From assembly GCF_000013905.1 (NCBI RefSeq), contig NC_007969.1:2970001-3002000 (forward strand): 32,000 nt of DNA, given 5' to 3'. How positions within the stretch are numbered: position 1 is the first letter of the stretch; every line of letters starts with the position of its first letter. This stretch comes from Psychrobacter cryohalolentis K5 (GTDB lineage Bacteria; Pseudomonadota; Gammaproteobacteria; Pseudomonadales; Moraxellaceae). Shown here in pieces: positions 16,729 to 26,247 of this stretch. Made by a program: the position numbers and the translations under genes. The notes under the pieces are model-generated. The model was not told the origin of the DNA. It did not search any database and saw only the letters and a program-made list of their open reading frames with translations.

Positions 16729-18663
16729 ATGGTAGCGATTACTTTACCCGATGGTAGCGTAAAAAACTTCGAAGGTAATACAACGGTCATGGAAGTGGCG
16801 CAAAGTATTGGGACAGGGCTTGCTAAAGCGACTGTCGCTGGACGTGTGGATGGTCAGTTGGTAGATGCGCATGACCCTATCGCCCATGATGCGAAAGTTG
16901 AAATCGTGACACCAAAAGATGATGACGGTGTCGATATCATTCGCCATTCTTGTGCTCACCTATTAGGTCATGCCGTTAAGCAGTTATATCCTGATGTGAA
17001 AATGGTGATTGGTCCCGTTATCGATGATGGTTTTTATTATGACATCTATAGCGAAACGCCGTTTACGCCTGAGCATATGGCAGCCATTGAAAAACGTATG
17101 ATGGAGCTCATTAAGCAAGATTATGACGTTATCAAAAAAATAACGCCACGTGCTGAAGTCATTAGAATCTTTGAAGAACGTGGTGAAGAATATAAGCTTA
17201 AGCTGATTAATGATATGCCAGGCGAAGAAGCCTTTGGTCTATATCATCATCAAGAATATGTCGATATGTGCCGTGGTCCACACGTGCCAAATACTCGCTT
17301 CTTAAAAGTCTTTAAACTGACCAAAATGTCAGGTGCTTATTGGCGCGGCGATGCTAAGAACGAACAGCTACAACGTATTTATGGTACAGCATGGGCGGAT
17401 AAGAAAGATTTAAAAGCCTATATCCAGCGTATTGAAGAAGCCGAAAAACGTGACCATCGTAAAATTGGTAAAGCGTTAAATCTATTCCATATGCAAGAGC
17501 AAGCGCCGGGTATGGTGTTTTGGCATGCCAATGGTTGGACGATTTATCAAGTACTTGAGCAATATATGCGTAAAGTGCAGCACGATAATGGTTATGAAGA
17601 GATTAAAACGCCGCAAATTGTCGATCGTAGCTTGTGGGAGCGTTCTGGACATTGGGGCAACTATGCGACCAATATGTTTACCACTTCGAGCGAAAATCGT
17701 GATTATGCGGTAAAACCGATGAACTGTCCTTGTCACGTGCAAGTCTTTAATCAAGGCTTAAAATCTTACCGTGACTTGCCATTACGTATGGCAGAGTTTG
17801 GTTCATGCCATCGAAACGAGCCATCAGGTTCGCTCCATGGTTTGATGCGGGTTCGTGGTTTTACTCAAGATGATGCTCATATCTTCTGTACACAGTCGCA
17901 GATTCAACAAGAAGTCGCTGATTTTATTAAGCTGACCCTTGCTGTTTATGAAGATTTTGGTTTTGATAAGATCATTATGAAACTATCGACTCGTCCTGAA
18001 AAACGTGTCGGTAGCGATGAGTCTTGGGATTTTGCAGAAAAAGCATTAGCCGATGCATTGGATAGTTCCGGTCTTGATTGGGCTTATCTACCAGGTGAAG
18101 GCGCATTCTATGGTCCCAAGATTGAATTTAGTCTAAAAGATTCATTAGGTCGCGTATGGCAGTGCGGTACTATTCAGGTTGACCCGAATATGCCTGAGCG
18201 TCTTGATGCCGAATTCGTCAATGAGCAAAACGAGCGCGAAGTACCGATTATGTTGCACCGTGCCATCTTAGGTTCATTTGAGCGCTTTATCGGTATCTTG
18301 ATTGAGAACTATGCCGGTTGGATGCCAGTATGGCTAGCGCCGCAACAAGTAGTAGTCATGAATATCACAGATAAACAGGCAGATGCATGTGAAAATGTGG
18401 TCAATGAGTTGAAAAAAGCAGGCTTACGCGCCATTAGTGACTTGCGTAACGAAAAGATTGGATTTAAGATACGAGAGAAAACATTAGAACGTATTCCCTA
18501 TATGCTAGTATTAGGGGATAAAGAAGTCGAATCAGGCAGCATCAACGTTAGGACTCGCGAAGGCGAAAATCTAGGCGTGATGAGTGTCGCTGAATTTATC
18601 ACATTAGTAGAAGCAGCTGTTGCCGAAAAGGGCCGACAGATCCCAAAAATAGATCAGGAGTAA
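16729..18663 (+). CDS. thrS: Threonine--tRNA ligase
   Basis: 644 aa. The N-terminus [47 protein letters not shown]...[19 protein letters not shown] parallels E. coli ThrRS. Class II motifs are present ([21 protein letters not shown]). Confidence 0.97.
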   Translation: MVAITLPDGSVKNFEGNTTVMEVAQSIGTGLAKATVAGRVDGQLVDAHDPIAHDAKVEIVTPKDDDGVDIIRHSCAHLLGHAVKQLYPDVKMVIGPVIDDGFYYDIYSETPFTPEHMAAIEKRMMELIKQDYDVIKKITPRAEVIRIFEERGEEYKLKLINDMPGEEAFGLYHHQEYVDMCRGPHVPNTRFLKVFKLTKMSGAYWRGDAKNEQLQRIYGTAWADKKDLKAYIQRIEEAEKRDHRKIGKALNLFHMQEQAPGMVFWHANGWTIYQVLEQYMRKVQHDNGYEEIKTPQIVDRSLWERSGHWGNYATNMFTTSSENRDYAVKPMNCPCHVQVFNQGLKSYRDLPLRMAEFGSCHRNEPSGSLHGLMRVRGFTQDDAHIFCTQSQIQQEVADFIKLTLAVYEDFGFDKIIMKLSTRPEKRVGSDESWDFAEKALADALDSSGLDWAYLPGEGAFYGPKIEFSLKDSLGRVWQCGTIQVDPNMPERLDAEFVNEQNEREVPIMLHRAILGSFERFIGILIENYAGWMPVWLAPQQVVVMNITDKQADACENVVNELKKAGLRAISDLRNEKIGFKIREKTLERIPYMLVLGDKEVESGSINVRTREGENLGVMSVAEFITLVEAAVAEKGRQIPKIDQE

Positions 18664-18668
18664 TACCT

Positions 18669-19190
18669 ATTAAACAGTCAAACCGTTTGAACATTAATGA
18701 AGATATCAGTGCCAAAGAAGTCCGTCTGGTCAAAGAAGACGGTGAACAAATGGGCGTGGTCGATATCGACACCGCGATGAAAGCGGCACGTGAAGACAGT
18801 CTAGATTTGGTAGAGCTGGTTCCCGAAGCCAAACCGCCAGTATGTAAAATCATGGATTATAAACATTTCCTCTATGATCAGAAGCAAAAGGCGAAAGAAG
18901 CTAAAAAGAACCAAAAGCAGACTCAACTAAAAGAGATGAAGCTACGTCCTAGCACTGAAGAAGCCGATTATCAGGTTAAACTGAGAAAAATCGTTAGCTT
19001 CTTAGAAGATCAGGATAAAGTTAAAATTAGCATCCGTTTCCGCGGACGTGAAATGGCCCACCAAGAAATTGGTCGCAAGCAACTTGATCGTATCATTGAA
19101 GATACGGCTGATATCTCAAACGTCGAACAGTATCCTAAGATGGAAGGTCGTCAAATGGGTATGCTGTTAGGACCTACTAAGAAGAAATAG
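18669..19190 (+). CDS. infC: Translation initiation factor IF-3 (probable AUU start)
   Basis: The body ([15 protein letters not shown]...[22 protein letters not shown]...) is canonical IF3. The in-frame ATT at 18669 lies 8 nt after CAGGAG (18655-18660). It gives [20 protein letters not shown], collinear with the E. coli IF3 N-terminus. The ORF-track start (TTG at 18687) is probably too short. Confidence 0.9.
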   Translation: MKQSNRLNINEDISAKEVRLVKEDGEQMGVVDIDTAMKAAREDSLDLVELVPEAKPPVCKIMDYKHFLYDQKQKAKEAKKNQKQTQLKEMKLRPSTEEADYQVKLRKIVSFLEDQDKVKISIRFRGREMAHQEIGRKQLDRIIEDTADISNVEQYPKMEGRQMGMLLGPTKKK

Positions 19191-19250
19191 ACTTTTTAAT
19201 CTTCTATTCTTAGTAGTGGCTGTGTTTATATAGATATTCATGATTTCCCA

Positions 19251-19283
19251 CCACCAATATGCTGCGGCATATTGGTGGTTTTT
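19251..19283 (+). terminator. Rho-independent terminator after infC
   Basis: CCACCAATATGC-TGCG-GCATATTGGTGG (12-bp perfect stem) followed by TTTTT. Confidence 0.85.
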
Positions 19284-19551
19284 AGTATGTAGGGCTTAAT
19301 AAGCATATTTATAGTTAATTCTGACACTTGTACCTCTTTGACTATCTTTAACCTTAAATATATGAAGCCGACAGTGCTTTACAAAACCCATCTTCTCAAC
19401 CTTTTCATTACACGGTAATCTAAAGACCTACTCTATCTTTATGAAGAATAATTTCAATAAAAACAATTAAACTGATAAAAATAATCCATGCCTCGACTAC
19501 AAATGTCGCTGATAAGAAATATAACCTCTTTTAGATATCATAGGAAGCCTT

Positions 19552-20796
19552 ATGCAAGAATTAACCCCACCTGCTAACACCTCTACACCAACCATTACTC
19601 TAACCGCGCCAGAACCTGTTAAAGAGATACAAAAAAGTGAAGCAGATCAGATAGTCAAGTTAGATGACAGCGATATTCCAGAGCTTGATGCCAAAGTCGA
19701 TGCTTTTGTCGATCATGTTATCAATAACTCTGTACACAGCTCTGAATTTCAACAAAACGTCCAATCTATTCATAATTTGGGTAATAAAGAAATCCGTGAA
19801 TCGGCGCAAGTGTCTAACCGTATGTTAGAGCTACCCGCTAAAAGCCTGAATGACAGCTTATTTGATAACTCCCCTATTGCAAAATCATTGACGGAGCTGC
19901 GCGGTATCGTCGAAGATTTGGACCCCAGCAAAAAAGAGTTGACCAGCTCACGTAAGCTATTTGGCTTGATTCCATTTGGTAATAAAGTACAAGACTATTT
20001 CCGTCAGTATGAGTCAGCGCAATCTCATATTAATGCGGTAGTAACGAGTCTATATAATGGTAAAGATGAGCTGCTCAAAGACAATGCTATGATTGAGCAA
20101 GAAAAAATTAATATGTGGGAGCTGATGCAATCGATTCGCCAATATATCTATGTGGGTAAAAAAATCGATGAGCAGCTCGAGCAAAAAGTCTATGCGATAG
20201 AAGCGACTGACCCTGAGAAAGCACGTATTATTAAAGAAGAGATGCTGTTTTATGTTCGCCAAAAAAATACCGACTTTTTGACACAATTGGCGGTAAACGT
20301 TCAAGGTTATTTAGCATTAGATACTATCCGTAAAAACAATTTAGAGCTAATTAAAGGGGTAGATCGCGCCACGACTACCACTATCTCAGCCCTACGTACG
20401 GCAGTGGTTGTGGCACAAGCCATGACTAACCAAAAACTGGTACTTGACCAAATTACTGCTTTAAATAAAACGACCAGTAGCTTGATTGAATCAACTTCGG
20501 CAATGCTCAAGCGTCAATCACTTGAGATTCATGAGCAAGCGACCAGCAGCACTATTGAGCTTGATAAATTGCAAAATGCCTTCAATAATGTCTATGACAC
20601 CATGGATATGATTAGCAATTATAAAATTGAAGCGCTTGAGAATATGAAGCAAACGGTCAATACCTTGACCACTGAGGTTGATAAAGCCCAAAAATACCTC
20701 GATAAATCTAATCAGACCACGGTATTAGAAGTGTCAAAAGAATTGAACATGGAAAAAATAACCAATAAATCAAATACGGTCGATATTGATATTTGA
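19552..20796 (+). CDS. telA: TelA/YaaN-family toxic anion resistance protein
   Basis: 414 aa, predicted helical and soluble. The block LDPSKKELTSSRKLFGLIPFGNKVQDYFRQYESAQSHINAVVTSLYNGKDELLKDNAMIEQEK follows the TelA/YaaN pattern as I remember it (...LFG.IP....YF.(R/K)Y.S....I..I...L..G.D.LLKDN..L). RBS AGGAAG upstream. Confidence 0.8.
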   Translation: MQELTPPANTSTPTITLTAPEPVKEIQKSEADQIVKLDDSDIPELDAKVDAFVDHVINNSVHSSEFQQNVQSIHNLGNKEIRESAQVSNRMLELPAKSLNDSLFDNSPIAKSLTELRGIVEDLDPSKKELTSSRKLFGLIPFGNKVQDYFRQYESAQSHINAVVTSLYNGKDELLKDNAMIEQEKINMWELMQSIRQYIYVGKKIDEQLEQKVYAIEATDPEKARIIKEEMLFYVRQKNTDFLTQLAVNVQGYLALDTIRKNNLELIKGVDRATTTTISALRTAVVVAQAMTNQKLVLDQITALNKTTSSLIESTSAMLKRQSLEIHEQATSSTIELDKLQNAFNNVYDTMDMISNYKIEALENMKQTVNTLTTEVDKAQKYLDKSNQTTVLEVSKELNMEKITNKSNTVDIDI

Positions 20797-20943
20797 TTTA
20801 GATAAGCATTCACTTTTAATAAAATTTGACCACTAACGACTACTCGCTATCAAATACAGATAAGACAATTGACCTAAGATATTGGGACGTTGTTCGTGTT
20901 AAGATAGTCATTATTAATAATTTAAAAATAGATACGGTAATTT

Positions 20944-23256
20944 ATGAGTTGGAATGATCCAAACGCCTCAAGTGAGGCACAAAAATATGATAACCCGATT
21001 CCTAGTCGCGAGCTTATATTAAGCACGATTAATGAACACGGTGAAATCACCCATCAGCAATTGGCAAAAGCCTTTAATATTGCTGATCCCGATCAGTTTG
21101 ACGCTTTAGGCAACCGCCTAAAAGCGATGACACGCGATGGACAAGTCAATCGTGACGGTCGCCCTTATCGCTATCGTACGGTCACTCAGCACGACATCGT
21201 CACCGGTACAGTAACAGCCCATCCAAAGGGCTTTGGCTTTGTATTATTAAGTGATATGCCTGACCTATTCTTGCATGAAAAACAAATGCGTTGGGTCTTT
21301 AATGGCGATACAGTAGAAGCCGTTGGCACGTCAACAGACAACCGCGGTCGTACTGAAGGTCGTATCGTTGATGTCGTTGAGCGTCGTCAAAATCATTTTA
21401 TCGGTACGCTGGCTCATGATGAAGACGGTTACTGCGTTGAGCTTGGTAGCCCAAATAACCATCAGCCGATTACCGTTACAGAAGACAATGTACAGGCTTT
21501 CAATGCTAAGCAAGGCTCGCCGGTAAAAGTTGATATTATTGATTGGCCAAATCAGCATGAATTTGCCACGGGCAAAATCACTGAAGTCTTATCTGATGAC
21601 AATGATCGCGAACTGATCATTGAGACTACGTTACTTAATTATGATATTCCATCAGAGTTCAGTGAAGCGGCGCTCAATCAAGCAAATGATTATAAAGAGC
21701 CGACTGAAAAAGATCTAAAAGGTCGTGTCGACTTACGTGAGTTGCCATTAGTGACGATCGATGGTGAAGATGCTCGTGACTTTGATGATGCTGTGTTTGC
21801 AGAAAAGCGTTCTGGTGGTAATTATCGCGTCTTGGTAGCGATTGCGGATGTCAGTTATTATGTGACACCGAACTCGCCACTTGATCAAAATGCCTACGAG
21901 CGTGGTACGTCAGTATATTTCCCGCATCAAGTGATTCCTATGTTGCCTGAAGTACTGTCTAATGGTCTCTGTTCGCTGAACCCTAATCTTGATCGCCTCT
22001 GTATGGTTGCTGATATTAAGATATCACGTGCTGGTAAAATCACCAGTTATGAGTTTTATCCTGGCGTCATGCACTCGCAAGCGCGCTTGACTTACAATCA
22101 AGTGAACGCTTATCTTGAGAATCCAAAAGACAGTAGCGTTCCAAAATCGTTGACAGAAAATAAAGAGGTCAAAAAATCTGTCGATACCTTACATCAACTG
22201 TATGAGCTACTCCTCAAAAAGCGTGAAGAGCGTCATGCGATGGAGTTTGAGACCGTTGAAACTTATATTAAGTTCAATGAAAAAGGTGGTATCGAAGCCA
22301 TCTTGCCTCGTACGCGCGGTGATGCGCAAAAGCTTATCGAAGAGTGCATGTTGCTTGCCAATACCTGTGCAGCAAACTTTGCGCTAAAAAATGAGCTGCC
22401 TGTGTTATATCGTAATCATGATAAGCCTGATGGCGAAAAGTCGATGCGTATCCATGAATATGCCAAAAACTTTGGTCTAAGCTTCCCAGAAGAAAATCCT
22501 ACTCAAGCAGATTATCAGCGTATCATTGAAGCAACTAAAGAGCGACCGGATGCGATTAGCATTCATAGCATGCTGCTTCGTTCGATGATGCAAGCGAACT
22601 ATTCACCTGACAATATCGGTCACTTTGGTTTGGCTTACGATGAGTATAGTCATTTTACCTCGCCGATTCGTCGTTATCCTGACTTAATGTTGCATCGTGC
22701 GATCAAGGCGAAAGTGACAAATGCCAAACAGCCTGTGATGGATTTTTCATTAGAAGGTGCTGGCATGCAAACCTCAGATACTGAGCGCCGTGCTGAAAAG
22801 GCTTCACGCTACGTAGAATCATGGCTCAAATGTCATTATATGAAAGATCATGTCGGCGAAGAGTTCGATGGTGTCGTAACTACCGTCACAAACTTTGGTT
22901 TATTTATTACTCTGACGGATTTGTATATCGATGGTTTGGTGCATATCTCAAACGTTGGTGACGATTTCTTTGTTTATGATGAGCAGCAGCAACAGCTTAT
23001 CGGTAAAGATAGAGGCACAGTGTTTGGGCTGGGCGATTTGGTTAAAGTTAAAGTAGCTGGCGTTAATATGGATCTGCTACAAATTGACTTTGGTTTACAA
23101 GCAAAGCTGCAATCTAGTAAAATGAATCAAACTAAGAAAGATCATTCAAACTCTAGTCAGCCAAACCGCAGCTCCACAAGCAAAGATCAGCCAAAGAAAT
23201 CACCTGCGAAGAGAAGCGGCAGTCGTGGTGGTAGAGGCAGTAGTAAAAAGAGCTAA
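20944..23256 (+). CDS. rnr: Ribonuclease R
   Basis: 770 aa. It has an N-terminal HTH/cold-shock-like region (GTVTAHPKGFGFV) and an RNB catalytic domain (TIDGEDARDFDDAV, HFGL..YSHFTSPIRRYPDL). It ends with a C-terminal S1 domain (GVVTTVTNFGLFITL) and a basic Lys/Ser-rich tail. Confidence 0.95.
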   Translation: MSWNDPNASSEAQKYDNPIPSRELILSTINEHGEITHQQLAKAFNIADPDQFDALGNRLKAMTRDGQVNRDGRPYRYRTVTQHDIVTGTVTAHPKGFGFVLLSDMPDLFLHEKQMRWVFNGDTVEAVGTSTDNRGRTEGRIVDVVERRQNHFIGTLAHDEDGYCVELGSPNNHQPITVTEDNVQAFNAKQGSPVKVDIIDWPNQHEFATGKITEVLSDDNDRELIIETTLLNYDIPSEFSEAALNQANDYKEPTEKDLKGRVDLRELPLVTIDGEDARDFDDAVFAEKRSGGNYRVLVAIADVSYYVTPNSPLDQNAYERGTSVYFPHQVIPMLPEVLSNGLCSLNPNLDRLCMVADIKISRAGKITSYEFYPGVMHSQARLTYNQVNAYLENPKDSSVPKSLTENKEVKKSVDTLHQLYELLLKKREERHAMEFETVETYIKFNEKGGIEAILPRTRGDAQKLIEECMLLANTCAANFALKNELPVLYRNHDKPDGEKSMRIHEYAKNFGLSFPEENPTQADYQRIIEATKERPDAISIHSMLLRSMMQANYSPDNIGHFGLAYDEYSHFTSPIRRYPDLMLHRAIKAKVTNAKQPVMDFSLEGAGMQTSDTERRAEKASRYVESWLKCHYMKDHVGEEFDGVVTTVTNFGLFITLTDLYIDGLVHISNVGDDFFVYDEQQQQLIGKDRGTVFGLGDLVKVKVAGVNMDLLQIDFGLQAKLQSSKMNQTKKDHSNSSQPNRSSTSKDQPKKSPAKRSGSRGGRGSSKKS

Positions 23257-23279
23257 ACTAGCTTGAATCTATAAGTATT

Positions 23280-23311
23280 AAAAAAGGCTAACGTTATCGT
23301 TAGCCTTTTTT
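23280..23311. terminator. Bidirectional rho-independent terminator between the convergent rnr and the 101-aa gene
   Basis: AAAAAA-GGCTAACG-TTAT-CGTTAGCC-TTTTTT: an 8-bp GC-containing stem flanked by an A-tract and a T-tract. Confidence 0.85.
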
Positions 23312-23340
23312 GTGTCTTCAGTTTTCTAATAACAGATCTA

Positions 23341-23646
23341 TCACTGCTCCGCAGGACTCATTTGCTCTAAGCGCGCAGCATCTGCTTGCTGTGCCTGATC
23401 GATCTTGGTAGTAGCATCATCTAGAATGGCTTTCGGCTCCTGACCTAAGGGCTTGCTTGCGATATCTGATGTATGGCTGTCATTAGCATTTCTCGTATCA
23501 GAACCATTATTTTCAGATACAGCTGCCTCACTACTCGCTGCTATAACTTCTCGGTTTTGTTCACGTTGACTGCCATTCATGACATTAAAACCCAATAACA
23601 CAACCATACCAACGACCGCGAATATAATCAGATGTTTCATTTGCAT
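23341..23646 (-). CDS. Hypothetical small membrane-anchored or secreted protein (acidic, low complexity)
   Basis: 101 aa. It has an N-terminal hydrophobic segment (HLIIFAVVGMVVLLGF) followed by a polar Ser/Asn/Asp/Gln-rich tail. I recognise no family. It lies 84 bp downstream of the MscS-family gene on the same strand and immediately before the terminator. Confidence 0.5.
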   Translation of the reverse strand: MQMKHLIIFAVVGMVVLLGFNVMNGSQREQNREVIAASSEAAVSENNGSDTRNANDSHTSDIASKPLGQEPKAILDDATTKIDQAQQADAARLEQMSPAEQ

Positions 23647-23730
23647 AAAAATGTCTCGTCTAGTTCGATAAAATGTAGATAAACATTTCGCTGCATTTTC
23701 TATGCCGATTTTTATAGTTGGTATTCAGCA

Positions 23731-25455
23731 CTATTCTTGCGGGCTACTATTACTTAATAAATCAGTTTCATCTGAATTTTCAGCAATTTCTTGCTCAACC
23801 TTTTCCATTAGCTTTTCGTCAGGGCGCGCATCAAGCACTTGATCGGCATTCCGACCTTGCAAGATATGCTTCGCCCGCGCCTTTGCTTGTTGCTTATCTT
23901 TATCTTCAATCGTAGTTTCAGCCGCTTGAGCATCATTAGCTATTTTAGAATCATTAGAAGGTTTAACGATGATAGGCGTTACTGTTATGTCTTCTTGAGA
24001 CTTATCACCATTTCGACTGCTTTGGAAATACTCAAAAGCTTGCTCTAGATTATGGTTAAAGCGTAACTGATAAATGGGCTCAGGTAAGCTAAAACCTTCA
24101 TCTTCTAAAGCATGCTTGGTCTCGCGAATAGCTATACTGCGGGCTTTGGAAAAATCAGCTTCTGATTGATTGACCCATACTTGGAACTGCAAAATAATGT
24201 TTGAGTCGCCTACCTCCTTGATAATCGCGGTGACTTTTGGCTTATCTAAGGCAAAATCCAATTGAGCAATCGCATCGATACCCACTTTGATGGCAGCAAG
24301 CGGATCGTCATTGGCATCAACGCCTAATTCAAAAGTGAAACGGCGCTCAGGATTTTTGGTGTAATTTAAAATCGTGGCTTTAAAGACTTCGGCATTGGGA
24401 ATACGTAATTGATTGCCATCTAACGTCATTAAAATAGTCGCACGCGACGTCAGGCGCACCACTATTCCCTCTTGAGCATTAATCAAAATATGATCGCGGG
24501 CGCGAAATGGCTGGCGAATACTGAGCATTAAAGAGGCAATATAATTTTCAATAGTATCCTTAACCGCGAAACCAACGGCAATACCGATGACCCCAGCGCC
24601 GCCAAGTAGCGTTCCCAAAATCGTCTCCGCGCCGATCAGGCTTAACGCTAATATAAGCCCCAGAATAATAAAGATGACTTTGACGGTCTGCGACAATAAT
24701 TCTGCGACAAAAGGATTGGGCGTTAAGCGCTGCCACATTTTTTGCCGATTGGACAACCAACTACCAAACCAAGTTACTAAAGCAAATAAAATAATTCCGA
24801 CCAATAATAACGGCACAGCTTTGATAAGGTTTTTGGCTTGAGCTTTGATGCTTTGATAAACCGTCGTGACATTATCCTGGACATCAAGCGTTCGGTTAAT
24901 CTTATCTTCAACTGTGACAACATCTGTCAAACGATTGGTAAGATTAATGGCTTGTTGGGCTTTTTTCTCGTTGGGTGTTTCACCGGTTAAAGTAACAACG
25001 CCTTGAGTGACACCAACATTAATTGCTTGCAAGCCTTCAATTTCTGAGAATATCCCACTGATACGTTGGCGGATGTCATTATCATGTTGCACAGTTTGAG
25101 CGGTTTCAATTTGAGTGTTATTACTGCTCTCGCCATCGATAGAAGGTGCAGGTTCAATTGAAATAGGGGTTAGCGGAGATGGTACAGCTGGCGCTTGAGC
25201 CGGCAAAGTGCCACTTTCAGGAGTATTACTAGGAAGAGGGGTGCTATTAATGTCATTAGCCGCATTAGGTAATGCGTTGCTATCAAGCACGGGCTTGGCA
25301 GTATTACTGTCTAATACAATAGGATTAACAGTTTCACTTTCTTGAGCGGCATAAGCTGGTAAACTTAATAGGATGCTTAATGGCAACAGCCATTGACTCC
25401 ACATTTTTTGGCACTTGCGTGATGTAATGCAGTCAAAATAAGTGGCCATAAGCAT
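23731..25455 (-). CDS. Mechanosensitive ion channel (MscS family) with N-terminal periplasmic BON domain
   Basis: The signal peptide is MWSQWLLPLSILLSLPAYA|AQE. A Pro/Ser/Asn-rich linker follows. A BON-like segment spans aa ~128-187 (INVGVTQGVVTLTGETPNEKKAQQAINLTNRLTDVVTVEDKI). There are three TM helices, including a Gly/Ala-rich pore helix (GGAGVIGIAVGFAVKD), then the MscS beta domain (ILINAQEGIVVRLTSRATILMTLDGNQLRIPNAEVF). The true start is probably the ATG at 25449 (AAGGA 6 nt upstream). Confidence 0.85.
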   Translation of the reverse strand: MLMATYFDCITSRKCQKMWSQWLLPLSILLSLPAYAAQESETVNPIVLDSNTAKPVLDSNALPNAANDINSTPLPSNTPESGTLPAQAPAVPSPLTPISIEPAPSIDGESSNNTQIETAQTVQHDNDIRQRISGIFSEIEGLQAINVGVTQGVVTLTGETPNEKKAQQAINLTNRLTDVVTVEDKINRTLDVQDNVTTVYQSIKAQAKNLIKAVPLLLVGIILFALVTWFGSWLSNRQKMWQRLTPNPFVAELLSQTVKVIFIILGLILALSLIGAETILGTLLGGAGVIGIAVGFAVKDTIENYIASLMLSIRQPFRARDHILINAQEGIVVRLTSRATILMTLDGNQLRIPNAEVFKATILNYTKNPERRFTFELGVDANDDPLAAIKVGIDAIAQLDFALDKPKVTAIIKEVGDSNIILQFQVWVNQSEADFSKARSIAIRETKHALEDEGFSLPEPIYQLRFNHNLEQAFEYFQSSRNGDKSQEDITVTPIIVKPSNDSKIANDAQAAETTIEDKDKQQAKARAKHILQGRNADQVLDARPDEKLMEKVEQEIAENSDETDLLSNSSPQE

Positions 25456-25506
25456 CCTTGATTACGCCTTATCTATTCAAAATCTGATAAGCGTATTTTT
25501 CAAATA

Positions 25507-26247
25507 TTATTTACCGTCCAAATAAAGTTGTGCCTCGCCCAAATCTAACGTGCCCTCATAGATAGCACGACCAGTAATGATACCTTCAATGCAATCACCA
25601 TAAGGTTTTAACAACTCAATATCTTTCATATCGGTGACGCCGCCTGATGCAATCACTGGTAAGCCACCTTCACGTGCTAAATTAACGGTTTGCTCGACAT
25701 TAACGCCTTGCATCATGCCATCACGGGCGATATCGGTATAGACGATAGAAGACACGCCAACATCAGCAAAACGTTTGGCAAGCTCTGTGGCTTTGGTGTC
25801 AGTCACGTTTGCCCAACCATGGGTTGCAACCATGCCATCTTTGGCATCGATACCAACGATAATGTGTCCAGCAAACTCACGGCACGCCTCAGCAACAAAA
25901 TCTGGATCTTCAACCGCTTTGGTACCGATAATAATATAGGTCAGACCAGCAGTAATATACTGCTCAATAGTTTGCATATTGCGCACACCGCCGCCCAATT
26001 GAATTGGCAGTTTAGGAAAAGCTTTTGCAATGTCATGCACCACTTGCTTATGCACTGGAATCCCATCAAATGCGCCATTTAGATCGACCAAATGCAGACG
26101 GCGCGCGCCTTCTTTTACCCAACGTGCCGCCATCGCCACAGGGTCATCAGAAAATACCGTATCATCTTCCATACGACCTTGTTTTAAGCGCACACACTTA
26201 CCATCTTTGAGATCGATAGCAGGGATAATCACAGGGACAGCGCACAT
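25507..26247 (-). CDS. hisA: 1-(5-phosphoribosyl)-5-[(5-phosphoribosylamino)methylideneamino]imidazole-4-carboxamide isomerase
   Basis: 246 aa. [18 protein letters not shown] at the N-terminus, plus the internal GGGVR and C-terminal SGGV...GRAIYEG phosphate-binding motifs of HisA. AAGGA RBS upstream of the ATG at 26247. Confidence 0.93.
   Translation of the reverse strand: MCAVPVIIPAIDLKDGKCVRLKQGRMEDDTVFSDDPVAMAARWVKEGARRLHLVDLNGAFDGIPVHKQVVHDIAKAFPKLPIQLGGGVRNMQTIEQYITAGLTYIIIGTKAVEDPDFVAEACREFAGHIIVGIDAKDGMVATHGWANVTDTKATELAKRFADVGVSSIVYTDIARDGMMQGVNVEQTVNLAREGGLPVIASGGVTDMKDIELLKPYGDCIEGIITGRAIYEGTLDLGEAQLYLDGK

Noticed and set aside
18599-18853. 84-aa minus-strand ORF across the thrS/infC junction, and similar antisense ORFs in thrS, telA, rnr, the MscS gene, hisA and nqrA-D
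   Set aside because: All are nested antisense in well-supported genes. They have no RBS and no recognisable domains.
19552-20796. telA as the seed of a tellurite-resistance or defence-type island
   Set aside because: It is a single gene flanked by housekeeping genes (infC, rnr). There are no terZABCDE or klaABC partners, no mobility genes and no flanking repeats.
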